Shown: piece by piece, positions 9,840 through 19,154 of the stretch
How positions within the stretch are numbered: the first letter of the stretch is position 1
Layout: each line of letters begins with the position of its first letter
Translations under genes and position numbers: made by a program
Notes under the pieces: generated by a model
The model's input: only the letters and a program-made list of their open reading frames with translations
Told to the model about the DNA's origin: nothing
Databases searched by the model: none
From: Acidobacteriota bacterium
GTDB taxonomy: Bacteria > Acidobacteriota > UBA890 > WLXD01
Assembly: GCA_963666055.2 (NCBI GenBank)
Contig: CAXWPH010000015.1
Location: forward strand, 1,504,001-1,568,000
Direction: 5' to 3'
DNA: 64,000 nucleotides

Positions 9840-12605
9840 TCAGCGCGGCGGCGCTAGCCGCCGCAGCTCCTCGAACCAGTTCACCACCACCTGCGCCAGC
9901 TCGACGTTGGGGGCATCCTCGGCGTCGGTGTCGGGAAACATCAGGAAGCGGCCGTCGGGAGCGACGTCGTAGTCGGCAAAGCCGCCGCCCGAGAGCGCCA
10001 ACCCGCCGTAGCCGCCGTAGAAGTCGCCACGAAACAGCTGCCGCGGCCGCGAGCGGGAAAAGGCGGTCTCCGTGGTCACCACATCGACCACCACCACGCC
10101 CTCATCGTTGCGATAGAACAGCTCGCGCCCATCCGACGACCAGCGAGCGTAGGCCCCGCCGCTGTCCGACACTTGCCACTTGCCGCCCGCCGGCGGGAAC
10201 GGTCGGATGTAGATCTGCACCTGGCCGCTCTCGTTGGATTGGTAAGCGACCCAGCGACCGTCCGGGGAGAATGCCGCCTCCAGCTCGGCAAACTCGGTGA
10301 CGAGGAACTGGTGCACCTCTCCGCTATCTTCCTGCAGGTCGAGGTAGCCGATGTCGTTGCCGGCGCGCCAGCCTTCCGCCGTGTCTTCCGGACCGCTGCG
10401 CGTTGTCAGCACGTAACGTCCGTCCGACGACCAGTCGCTGACGAACAGCGCCGCCGGATAGTCGGTCAGGCGCTCGATCTCCCCCGAGCCGTCGGCGCGC
10501 TTGCGGTACAGGTTATCCGTTCCATCGCGGTCGGAGGAGAAGATCAGGTCCGTACCGTCGGGTGACCAGACGGCAGGACCCTCGATGCCCTCCGGGAACG
10601 TCAGGCGGGTCCGTACGCCGAGCCCTACGTCATACACCCAGATGTCCCAATTGTCGTTGGTCAGCTCCATCATCGCCACCTTGCTGCCATCCGGCGCAAC
10701 GCGTGCCTCGGCGTAGGTACGCAGCTCGGTGAGAAACGGCTCGGCTTCGCCCTGCCGACCGATCCAGCTCCCCGGGTACGTCGGGTCGACGGTGGCTCCC
10801 GTTCTGTACATCAGCACGCCGGTATCCGAGACGGTGTACTGCGAGCCACCGCTGCTGGTGGAGTACGCCAGGTTCTGCACCACCGGGACGGCGCTGCCCA
10901 CCACTTCCAGCGCATCGAGATCGAAGGGGATGGCGAACAGCGTTCCGCTATTTGCGTAGACGAGATGCCCGGACGACAGGTAGCGGGCGTCGGAGCCGCC
11001 GCGGTGCACCGTCGTTCGAACGCCGGTCTCCATGTCAACGACGTCGATGTTGGCTGCGTTGAAGTCGCTCCCCGCCTGCGTATGGGCGGTAAACAGCACG
11101 CTCTTGCCGTCGGGCAGCACTCGCGGCCAGCGATGCGTGACATCCTGGCGCGCCTCGTCGAGTGTGGTCAGCTGGGTCGGCTCACCGCCGTTGGCGGAGA
11201 CACGCCACGAGGCGCTCGCCGCCGACGGGGCGTAGACGATGGTGCCATCAGCTGCCCAGCTGGCGCCGCGGCCGAGGTTGATCGTGGCGATCTGCTGTGC
11301 GGTACCTCCGGAGGTCGGGATCTTCAGCAGCGCCGAGTTGGTGAGGTAGCCGATCCACTCCGAGTCGGGCGAGAAAAAGGGCTGGTAGGCGCCGTTGGCG
11401 GCAATCTCGCCAAAGGCCACATCGTCGAGTCGGCGTGCGTGTAGCCGCGTGGTTCCTGTGGTTCCCGTCGCCACGGCCACATATTCGCCGTTGGGCGAAA
11501 GCGCCATCGAGGAACCCGAGCGCGCCGAGGAGAACAGCGGATCGTCGACGCTGAGCGTCATTTCCATGCGAAGGATCGCAGCGGCGCTCTGGACGCCGGC
11601 GTGCGGTCGCAGGTCGGCTGCCCACATCAGTCCCAACAGCGCCGCAACTCCCCAAGGCGCCCAGCGCATCCAGCCGGCGGGAGCGACGGCATCGGTGCCG
11701 GCGTCGAGGATCGCCTCGGCCGCCACCGGATCTTCCAGATACTCCTCGATCGATACCCTCGCGTCGCCGATCGACTGGATACGCCGGTCGACGTCCTTGC
11801 GCAGACACCGTTGCAGCAAGGCGCGGATGCGGCGTGGGGTCTCCTGCGGCAATGCCTTCCAGTCGGGCTCGCGGTGCACGATCGCGCCGCGAACATCGGT
11901 CACCGTTTCACCGCCGAACACACGGTCTCCGGTCAGCATCTCGTAGAGGACGGCGCCGAACGCCCAGATGTCGGCGCGGCGATCCACCGGCTTGCCGCGC
12001 GCCTGCTCCGGGCTCATGTAGCCGGCCGTTCCCATGATCATGCCGGCCTGGGTGGCTTCGAGCATGGTCGGCGAGGCGCTGACCTGGAGCGAAGAGGAGA
12101 TCATGCTGTCGGCCGCGAACGCCTTGGCGAGCCCGAAGTCGAGCAGCTTGACGTCGTCGCTCGGCGACAGCACGACGTTCGCCGGCTTCAGATCGCGATG
12201 CACGATGCCGTGCTCGTGGGCGGTTTCGAGCGCGCGGGCGATCTGCAGGGCGATCGCCAGCGCCTCATCCACCGGTATAGGGCCCTGATCGATGCGCGCC
12301 GCCAGCGTCTCTCCCTCGGCAAGCTGCATCACCAGCAGCCGTACCGGGCTGCCGCCGTCCTCCGGTGTTGCTTCTTCGAGGCCGTAGATCGCGGCGATGT
12401 TGGCATGCTCTACCTGTGCCAGTACCTGCGCCTCACGCTCGAGCCTGGCGAGCCGCTCAGGGTTCTGTGCCAACGCCGGCGGGAGCACCTTGATCGCTAC
12501 TTCGCGCTTGAGCGTCTCGTCGAGGGCGCGGTACACCTGCCCCATGCCGCCCTCGCCGATCTTGGCAACGATGCGGTAGTGGTTCAGCTTGGAGTCGATC
12601 TTCAT
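9840..12605 (-). CDS. Hanks-type Ser/Thr kinase with TM segment and TolB/PD40 beta-propeller
   Basis: IGEGGMGQVY, VAIK, HRDLKPAN, DFGLAK, GTAGYMSPEQ, DIWAFG. Repeated (F/W)SPDG motifs in the C-terminal half. Confidence 0.95.
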   Translation of the reverse strand: MKIDSKLNHYRIVAKIGEGGMGQVYRALDETLKREVAIKVLPPALAQNPERLARLEREAQVLAQVEHANIAAIYGLEEATPEDGGSPVRLLVMQLAEGETLAARIDQGPIPVDEALAIALQIARALETAHEHGIVHRDLKPANVVLSPSDDVKLLDFGLAKAFAADSMISSSLQVSASPTMLEATQAGMIMGTAGYMSPEQARGKPVDRRADIWAFGAVLYEMLTGDRVFGGETVTDVRGAIVHREPDWKALPQETPRRIRALLQRCLRKDVDRRIQSIGDARVSIEEYLEDPVAAEAILDAGTDAVAPAGWMRWAPWGVAALLGLMWAADLRPHAGVQSAAAILRMEMTLSVDDPLFSSARSGSSMALSPNGEYVAVATGTTGTTRLHARRLDDVAFGEIAANGAYQPFFSPDSEWIGYLTNSALLKIPTSGGTAQQIATINLGRGASWAADGTIVYAPSAASASWRVSANGGEPTQLTTLDEARQDVTHRWPRVLPDGKSVLFTAHTQAGSDFNAANIDVVDMETGVRTTVHRGGSDARYLSSGHLVYANSGTLFAIPFDLDALEVVGSAVPVVQNLAYSTSSGGSQYTVSDTGVLMYRTGATVDPTYPGSWIGRQGEAEPFLTELRTYAEARVAPDGSKVAMMELTNDNWDIWVYDVGLGVRTRLTFPEGIEGPAVWSPDGTDLIFSSDRDGTDNLYRKRADGSGEIERLTDYPAALFVSDWSSDGRYVLTTRSGPEDTAEGWRAGNDIGYLDLQEDSGEVHQFLVTEFAELEAAFSPDGRWVAYQSNESGQVQIYIRPFPPAGGKWQVSDSGGAYARWSSDGRELFYRNDEGVVVVDVVTTETAFSRSRPRQLFRGDFYGGYGGLALSGGGFADYDVAPDGRFLMFPDTDAEDAPNVELAQVVVNWFEELRRLAPPR

Positions 12606-12659
12606 ACAGCCTCGGATTCTCGCTTCATGTCAATTTCGTTCGTGTAGGCCGATTGCATG

Positions 12660-14876
12660 CTACTCGCTGAAGATCCTGCCGAACAGCGCTCGCACCGGCT
12701 CGTGCCGCTTCACCACGATCACCGAGCAGTTCGACCGGCGCGCCACCTCTTCGGGCATCGTCCCGAACAGTACACGCGTAGTGAAGCTCTGGTGCGTCGC
12801 GCCCACGAAGACGGCGCCGTAGTTGGCAGACTCCGCGATGATCGCACCGCTGGCCGCGCGGTGTCGCAGGATCTTGATACTCACATCGGGCACCTGATCC
12901 AGTCGCGCCTTGGCCGCTTCGAGCCGGGCGGTCTCCTGCTCGACCCGCGCCTCGGAGTCATTCGGAGATACCACGGCGCAGAGGGTTATCGAGGCGCCCT
13001 TGGAAGATGCGACCAACGCCGCATAGTCCTCGGCGCGTGTCGCATGAATACCGCCGTCGGTGGCAACGAGGATGGCCTCCTTCGGGCGCCGATCGGGTCC
13101 CAAGCGCACCATGATGATGTCGGTGGTGGCATCGTTTACGACATGATCTGTTATCTCGCCGAGGATGCGGCGCGCGGTCGACGTGCGGCCCTTCCAGCCG
13201 AGCACGATGAGCTTGCTGTTGCCCTGGTGTGCCGCTTCGAGGATTGCTCGTCCGGCATTGCGGCCGACCCTGACCTGCGAGCTCACCGGGATATCGAACG
13301 CCAGCGCCCGCTTGCGGCTAGCAGCCAGGATCTTCTCCTCGTGCTGCACGTACGCCTCGGCCAGGCGGGGTTGTAGCTGGTCGGGCACCAGCACCACTCG
13401 TAGCAGCACGATCTCGCCTTGTCGCGGTGCGGCAATCGCTCCGGCAAGGTCCACTAGGGCGTTCGCGGTACCAGGATTGGCGATTGGAACCAGCACCCGG
13501 AACGCCGACTCTTCCGGAGCCGACCGTTCTGCCAGCAAGCGCGACGGCGTTTCCTCCGGGACCTCGGTGACGAACTCGGTTCCCTTCCAGATCAGGAACC
13601 CGACGATTCCCGCCAACAGGGCCGCCCCGGCGAGCGCCACCGGGACGACGTGCCCCTGCAGCGGGATCTGTACCAGCAGATAGATGTTGGCGGCGATTCC
13701 GAGGGCCGGTAGCAGCGGTACGAGCGGAACCCGAAAAGGGCGCTCCAGGTCGGGGAACTGGCGTCGGTGGCGGATCAGCGCCACGTTGACCAGGGTCAGG
13801 GCGATCAACAGCACGCAGTCGGCGAAGTGTGCCAGGCTCTCGAGCGGCAGCGCCAACGCGAAGCCACCGATCGCTGCCGCCACCAGCACCAGGGCCACAA
13901 TCGGCGTGCCGGTGCGGGCGTTGATCGAGCCGATGCGGTGCGGGAGGTGGCGTCGGAGGCTCATTGACATGGCCACCCGGGAGCCGGCAATGATCGACGC
14001 GTTGGAAGCGGAGATCATCGAAAAAAGTGCGCCGAGCACGATCACCATGCCGCCCACCGGCCCGAGAAACGCGCGTGCCGTGACGCCCATGGCTGACTCG
14101 GTGTATTCGGTCAGGTTCGCGGTCACGATGACCAGGACCACGGCCGAGTACAGCACCGTGACGAAGATCATCGAGATGAAGATCGCGCGCGGCACCGTCT
14201 TGGTCGGATTGCGAACTTCGCCGGCTGATGCCGCAATGGCCGAGAAGCCGAAGAACGTGATGAACACCAGCGCGGCGGTGCTGGTGATCGCTCCCGGGTC
14301 GGTGCTGAACCGATCGACGATCGTCTGCGTTTCGATCTGTGGCAGGCCTCCGGAGACGAACCACAGCAGCAGGATGATCTTGGCGGCGGTCACCAGCACC
14401 TGGAACGTACCGCTCTCCTTGGTGCCCTTCAGGTTCAGCAACGTGAGGGCGGCGAGGAAGATCAGCCCGGCGAGCCTTTCGAAGGGCAGGTGCCAGATGA
14501 ACTCGTTGAAATAGGTCGACAGGCTGGCGATGTAGAAGCCGCATGACGAGGTGTAGCCGAGCAGCAGACACCAGCCGACGAAATACGCTGTCGGCGGCGA
14601 GAACGTCTTGCGGGCGTAAAGGTACCCTTCTCCCGACTGCGGGTAGATAGAGGCGAACTCGCAGTAGCTCAACGCCGTCAGGCTGGCTACCACCGCCGCC
14701 AGCAGGAACGAGGCGATGGCGGCAGAGCCGACGTAGCTGATCGCCAGGCCGGAGAGCGTAAAGATGCCCGCCGCGATCATCGTTCCGGTGCCGATCGCCA
14801 GCGCGCTGACCAGCCCCAGGTCGCGGCTCAGCTCGGCGTGAACTTGCCCATCGAGATGCGTGTCAGCGTCATCCAC
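12660..14876 (-). CDS. APC-family amino acid permease with C-terminal universal stress protein domains
   Basis: GTMIAAGIF, SGEGYLY, FITFFGF, RPFRVP. C-terminal VLVPIANP and ILVATDGG..VFVGA USP-like repeats. Confidence 0.9.
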   Translation of the reverse strand: MDDADTHLDGQVHAELSRDLGLVSALAIGTGTMIAAGIFTLSGLAISYVGSAAIASFLLAAVVASLTALSYCEFASIYPQSGEGYLYARKTFSPPTAYFVGWCLLLGYTSSCGFYIASLSTYFNEFIWHLPFERLAGLIFLAALTLLNLKGTKESGTFQVLVTAAKIILLLWFVSGGLPQIETQTIVDRFSTDPGAITSTAALVFITFFGFSAIAASAGEVRNPTKTVPRAIFISMIFVTVLYSAVVLVIVTANLTEYTESAMGVTARAFLGPVGGMVIVLGALFSMISASNASIIAGSRVAMSMSLRRHLPHRIGSINARTGTPIVALVLVAAAIGGFALALPLESLAHFADCVLLIALTLVNVALIRHRRQFPDLERPFRVPLVPLLPALGIAANIYLLVQIPLQGHVVPVALAGAALLAGIVGFLIWKGTEFVTEVPEETPSRLLAERSAPEESAFRVLVPIANPGTANALVDLAGAIAAPRQGEIVLLRVVLVPDQLQPRLAEAYVQHEEKILAASRKRALAFDIPVSSQVRVGRNAGRAILEAAHQGNSKLIVLGWKGRTSTARRILGEITDHVVNDATTDIIMVRLGPDRRPKEAILVATDGGIHATRAEDYAALVASSKGASITLCAVVSPNDSEARVEQETARLEAAKARLDQVPDVSIKILRHRAASGAIIAESANYGAVFVGATHQSFTTRVLFGTMPEEVARRSNCSVIVVKRHEPVRALFGRIFSE

Positions 14877-14946
14877 GGCGGCAAATCCTACAACGTCAGG
14901 GTATGCGGCACCGGGGGCTCGCAGGCCACACTTCCGCCACGGCCCG

Positions 14947-16026
14947 CTAGCTTGCCTCGGCGGCCGCTTCGACCGGCTGCGTGTAGATCGTCTGCGTCGG
15001 GAAGGCGAACTCCAGGCCTTCAGCGTTGAAGCGCTCCAGGATGGCGAGGTTCATCCGGGTCTGTGTCTCCGTCACATCGGCGTCGGCAAGGATGTAGTAC
15101 TGAAACAGGATGTTCATGGCGAAGTCACCGAAGGCGTTGAACGCGATGACGGCCTCACGCGCTTGCAGGTCGGCGTGCTCGGTGGCGATCTCGCGCAGGA
15201 TATCCATGGCGCGCTGCATCGCTTCCGGCGTGGTGTCGTAGGTGAGGCCGAGGTTCAGCTTGACGCGGCGCGACGGCTCTCGGCTGACGTTCTCCACTGG
15301 CGAGTTGGCGATCGTGGAGTTGGGGATCGTTACCTCACGGCCGGCGAACGTCTGGATGCGCGTGCTGCGCAACCCGATCTCACGCACAGTGCCCTCGTAG
15401 CCACCCGCCTTGATCCAGTCGTTCGTACCGAAGGGCCGGTCGGTGAAGATCGTGAAGCCGCCGAAGACGTTCTTGACGGTGTCCTGCGCTGCCATCGCCA
15501 TCGCCAGGCCGCCGATGCCGAGGCCGGCGATCAACGCCGCCACGTCGTAACCGGCGTTGTTGAGCGCCACGATGATGCCCAGCGACCAGATAACTGCTTT
15601 GCCGCCTTTGCGTACGATCGGCAGGAGTTGATCGTCGAGGTCGCTGTCGGTTTCCTGCACCAGAGGTTCGAGTGCCATGCGGATTAGGGTGTCGAAGATC
15701 CTCGCCGCCATCGCTGCGACCGACAGCATCATGACGATCTGGACGATGTTCCACGCGGGCCCGAGCATGGTCTCGGGCAGCGTCAGGGTGCGGATTGCCA
15801 CCCAGAGCCCCACGGCGGTTATCAGCACGACGACAGGCTTGTCGAGGATATCGACGAGCGCGTCGTCGAGCTTGGTGGCCGTGCGACGCGTTAGTCGCCG
15901 GACAACGTTGCCGAAGAGCCAGTACACGACCTTGCCCACGAGGAACGTCCCCACCGTGATGGCAAGCGCCGTGGCCCACTGGTTGATGGTGTTGCCGTAG
16001 TACGTTTGCGAAAGGAGTTCCTGCAT
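14947..16026 (-). CDS. mscS: Small-conductance mechanosensitive channel family protein
   Basis: AGLGIGGLAMAMAAQDTVKN, DRPF, GTVREIGLRSTRI, IPNS, EFAFPT. Confidence 0.9.
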   Translation of the reverse strand: MQELLSQTYYGNTINQWATALAITVGTFLVGKVVYWLFGNVVRRLTRRTATKLDDALVDILDKPVVVLITAVGLWVAIRTLTLPETMLGPAWNIVQIVMMLSVAAMAARIFDTLIRMALEPLVQETDSDLDDQLLPIVRKGGKAVIWSLGIIVALNNAGYDVAALIAGLGIGGLAMAMAAQDTVKNVFGGFTIFTDRPFGTNDWIKAGGYEGTVREIGLRSTRIQTFAGREVTIPNSTIANSPVENVSREPSRRVKLNLGLTYDTTPEAMQRAMDILREIATEHADLQAREAVIAFNAFGDFAMNILFQYYILADADVTETQTRMNLAILERFNAEGLEFAFPTQTIYTQPVEAAAEAS

Positions 16027-16101
16027 GGGTGCGCTCCGCGGTCAGGCGCGGATGCGGAGACGATCGCGCGCCGAGTCCTGCATGCTTGCCTGCGCGGGAC
16101 T

Positions 16102-17032
16102 CTAACCCGGAGTCTCGTGCGTCGTTGGTGGCCGGCTGGCCGAGAGCCAGCGAGCGTCGAGCTCATCGATGGTGGCACAGCCAATCTGCGTGAGGATGTC
16201 CTCGAGCCCCTCCCGCAGGATCGCCACGGCGTGATCACCTCCCGGCTTCCCGAGCGCCGCAACGCCATAGATGAACGCTCTGCCGCAGAACACGAGCTGC
16301 GCCCCGTGGGCCAGGCAACGGGCAACGTCGAGGCCGCTCATTACGCCGCTGTCGATCATGATCGTGGTGCGGTCGCCAACGGCAGCGCGAATCGCCGGCA
16401 ATGCGGCTAGCGGCGTGGGCGCCGCGTCGAGCTGGCGCCCCCCGTGGTTGGAGACGATCAGGCCGTCGGCGCCGGCGTCCACAGCGCGTCGGGCGTCGTC
16501 GGGATGGAGAATCCCCTTGAGCACGAACGGCCCCGACCACCGTGCGCGGATCGCCTCGATCGCCTTCCAGGACAGCGGGCGGCGCAAGAACTGCTCCCCG
16601 ACGTAGCTTTCCAGTGACGTAGAGCTGGAACCAGGCGCGCGGCCCCGCCAACTCGCCGATCTCTTCCATTTCGACGGTCGATAGCGTGCTCAGGCAATAC
16701 GGAATGCCGGCCCGCGCCGCTGCCGCCGCCAGAATCAGCTCGGCGCCGGGCCACATGAGCCCGCTGAGCCCGATCGGCGCGATACCGAACGGCAGCTCGT
16801 AGCGCTGTCCGAACAACTCCGTCGACAGCTCCAACGAGGTCACGTCGACCATGAACCGCGGTGTCAAGGTCACGGCGTCCAAGCGAGCGCGGTTGCGCTC
16901 GAGACATACCTCGCGCCCGCTGGCTCCCTGCAAGTAATCGAACGCGAAGCGCGGAATTCGCCGTTCGGCGGTGCGCGCCAGGTCCTCGATCGAGGGGTGA
17001 CGCCGCATCATGGGGCTGGGCGAGTAATCCAT
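16102..17032 (-). pseudogene. lldD: FMN-dependent alpha-hydroxy acid dehydrogenase (LldD-like), internally deleted and frameshifted
   Basis: N-half (FDYLQGA, PFGIAPIG, WFQLYV) is in one frame and C-half (LSW..LKGI, VSNHGGRQLD, DSG, CGRAFIYG) in another. The intervening TVD-containing segment is absent; junction near 16615. Confidence 0.85.
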
Positions 17033-17042
17033 CAGGCCACCG

Positions 17043-18311
17043 CTACTCACCCCGCTTGACGACCGTACCGGCGAGCATGACGAACGAGACGTGTTCCGTC
17101 GCGCGAATGTCCTCCAGGGGGTTCCCCGGTACCGCGATGAGGTCGGCCAGTCGCCCTACCTGGATCACGCCGCGATCGGTCACCCCGAGTACAGCAGCCG
17201 CCTCGATGGTGGCGGACTGCAACGCTGCCAGCGGTGCCATGCCGCGTTCCACGAGAACGGCGAACTCGCCGGCATTGTCGCCGTGCGGGTACACGCCGGC
17301 ATCGGTTCCGAAGCCGATCTTCACCCCAGCGGCGATTGCCTGGGCGAGGCTCTCGCGCGCCAGCGGCAGGATGCGCTCGGCCTTGGAGCGTAGCAGTGGT
17401 GGCAGCGCGTCTAGATCGATGGCGTCGATGAGGTAGGTGGTCGGTACGAGGTAAGTACCCCGCGCCTTCATCAGCTCGATGGTCTCGGTATCGAGGATCG
17501 AGCCGTGCTCGATCGACGCCACGCCGGCCCGCACCGCGGCGCGGATTCCCTCGGTGCCGTGGGCATGCGCCGCCACCTTGATGCCGTGCCGCGCCGCCTC
17601 CTGCACCATTGCCTCGAGCTCCGCGAAGCTGTACTGCTGCGCGCCGACGGATTCCTCGAACGACAGCACGCCGGCGGTGGCGCACGTCTTGATGACTTTG
17701 GCGCCAGGCTTGATCTGGTAGCGCACCGCCTTGACGACCTCATCGGGACCATCGGCGATGCCGTCGCGCCAGCTGGTCTCGAGCACTCCCGGGGCGAAGC
17801 CGGTGATGTCGCAATGCCCGCCGGTGATGCCAATGGGATTGCGCGATGGAAACACGTGTGGTCCCGTCACCATGCCGGTCTCGACGGCGCGGGCGAGCGC
17901 CACGGTCACCTCGCCGCCGAAGTCGCGCACGGTGGTGAAGCCGGCGAGAACCGTCTTGCGTGCATTGGACGTGGCTCGGAAGGCCGCATCGACATCGGTT
18001 TCTCTTACCGCACGATTGAACGAGTCCGCGTCGATGTCGCCGCCCAAATGGGTGTGCAAGTCGATGAAGCCTGGCAGGAGCGTGACATCGCCGAGATCGA
18101 TCACCTGCGCATCAGGAGGTAGCTGGCCGACCGCACTGATGCGGCCGTTGACGATGGCGATAATGCCCGGCTCGACCATGCGTCCCTGTACGACGTCGAG
18201 CATGCGGGCGGCGCGCAGCACGACGGTTGCGTCGTCCTGTGCCAGGCCGACACTGGGACGGACCAGCAGCAGCAATGTGATTAGCAGTAGGAGGCGACTC
18301 AAGAAACGCAT
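17043..18311 (-). CDS. Secreted metal-dependent amidohydrolase (Xaa-Pro dipeptidase-like)
   Basis: Signal peptide. PGFIDLHTH, GFTTVRD, ITGGHCD, AAHAHG, SIEHG, FGTDAG. Confidence 0.9.
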   Translation of the reverse strand: MRFLSRLLLLITLLLLVRPSVGLAQDDATVVLRAARMLDVVQGRMVEPGIIAIVNGRISAVGQLPPDAQVIDLGDVTLLPGFIDLHTHLGGDIDADSFNRAVRETDVDAAFRATSNARKTVLAGFTTVRDFGGEVTVALARAVETGMVTGPHVFPSRNPIGITGGHCDITGFAPGVLETSWRDGIADGPDEVVKAVRYQIKPGAKVIKTCATAGVLSFEESVGAQQYSFAELEAMVQEAARHGIKVAAHAHGTEGIRAAVRAGVASIEHGSILDTETIELMKARGTYLVPTTYLIDAIDLDALPPLLRSKAERILPLARESLAQAIAAGVKIGFGTDAGVYPHGDNAGEFAVLVERGMAPLAALQSATIEAAAVLGVTDRGVIQVGRLADLIAVPGNPLEDIRATEHVSFVMLAGTVVKRGE

Positions 18312-18646
18312 CAGATCTCCTAGGAGACAGCGGGGCATGGAAATGTTCGACCCGGAAGCATACTCCCGTGCGACGCGGTCGAGGCTCGCGGACGGACGCG
18401 ACCCGCGGCCAGCGGAAGCGGCGGATCAAATCGCCAATTGCCGTCGACGTCGACGAAGGTCGGATTGGATGGTGCGTCGGAAGTCAGCACGTGCCAGCGT
18501 TCGCCGTTCACCAGGGTTCGCGGTTCGTCAACGGTGATCCAGGCTCCCTGCGGTGTTGCCATGGCCTGAGGGCTCAGACTACCGTTGGCTCCGCCTCCGC
18601 TAGGCGCTCTGTCCTCCACCCCGCGGCACGAAGCTCGGTAGGAACG

Positions 18647-19144
18647 ATGATGAAACGACTCCGTAGGTCCGGTCTCTGCTCAATCCTGGTGGGCATCGCG
18701 ATCATCCTTCCCGCCAGCGCCCAGGAAGAGCTCGACGAGCACGCCCGGGTGCAGGCGATCGCCGAGGCCGCGCTCGAGGCAATCAGCAACGAGGACATGA
18801 TCGCCTTCACGGATCTCATGGTCGACGACGCGATCACGGTGAGCATCGGCGAGCGCGACGGCGAGGTTCACTACTCGGTGCGGAGCCGGGCCGAGTCGCG
18901 GGCCAGGAACCCGCAGGCCGACATCCTCGAGCGCGGCTTCGACCCGGAAATCTCGATCTCGGGGCCCGTCGCCATGGTCTGGCTGCCCTATGACCTGTAC
19001 GTCGACGGGGAGTGGTCCCATTGCGGTGTGGACACGTTTACCCTCGTGCGCACCGAGGCCGGCTGGCGCATCGCTTCGATGGCTTGGAGCGTTGAGCAAC
19101 CACCGGCCTGCCAGCCGCATCCGGACGGCCCACCCGGAAACTAG
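18647..19144 (+). CDS. Secreted NTF2-like (SnoaL/DUF4440-like) protein
   Basis: Signal peptide ending ASA-Q. AMVWLPYDLYVDGEWSHCGVDTFTLVRTEAGWRI is an NTF2-family motif. Confidence 0.8.
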   Translation: MMKRLRRSGLCSILVGIAIILPASAQEELDEHARVQAIAEAALEAISNEDMIAFTDLMVDDAITVSIGERDGEVHYSVRSRAESRARNPQADILERGFDPEISISGPVAMVWLPYDLYVDGEWSHCGVDTFTLVRTEAGWRIASMAWSVEQPPACQPHPDGPPGN

Positions 19145-19154
19145 GAGGGAGCGC

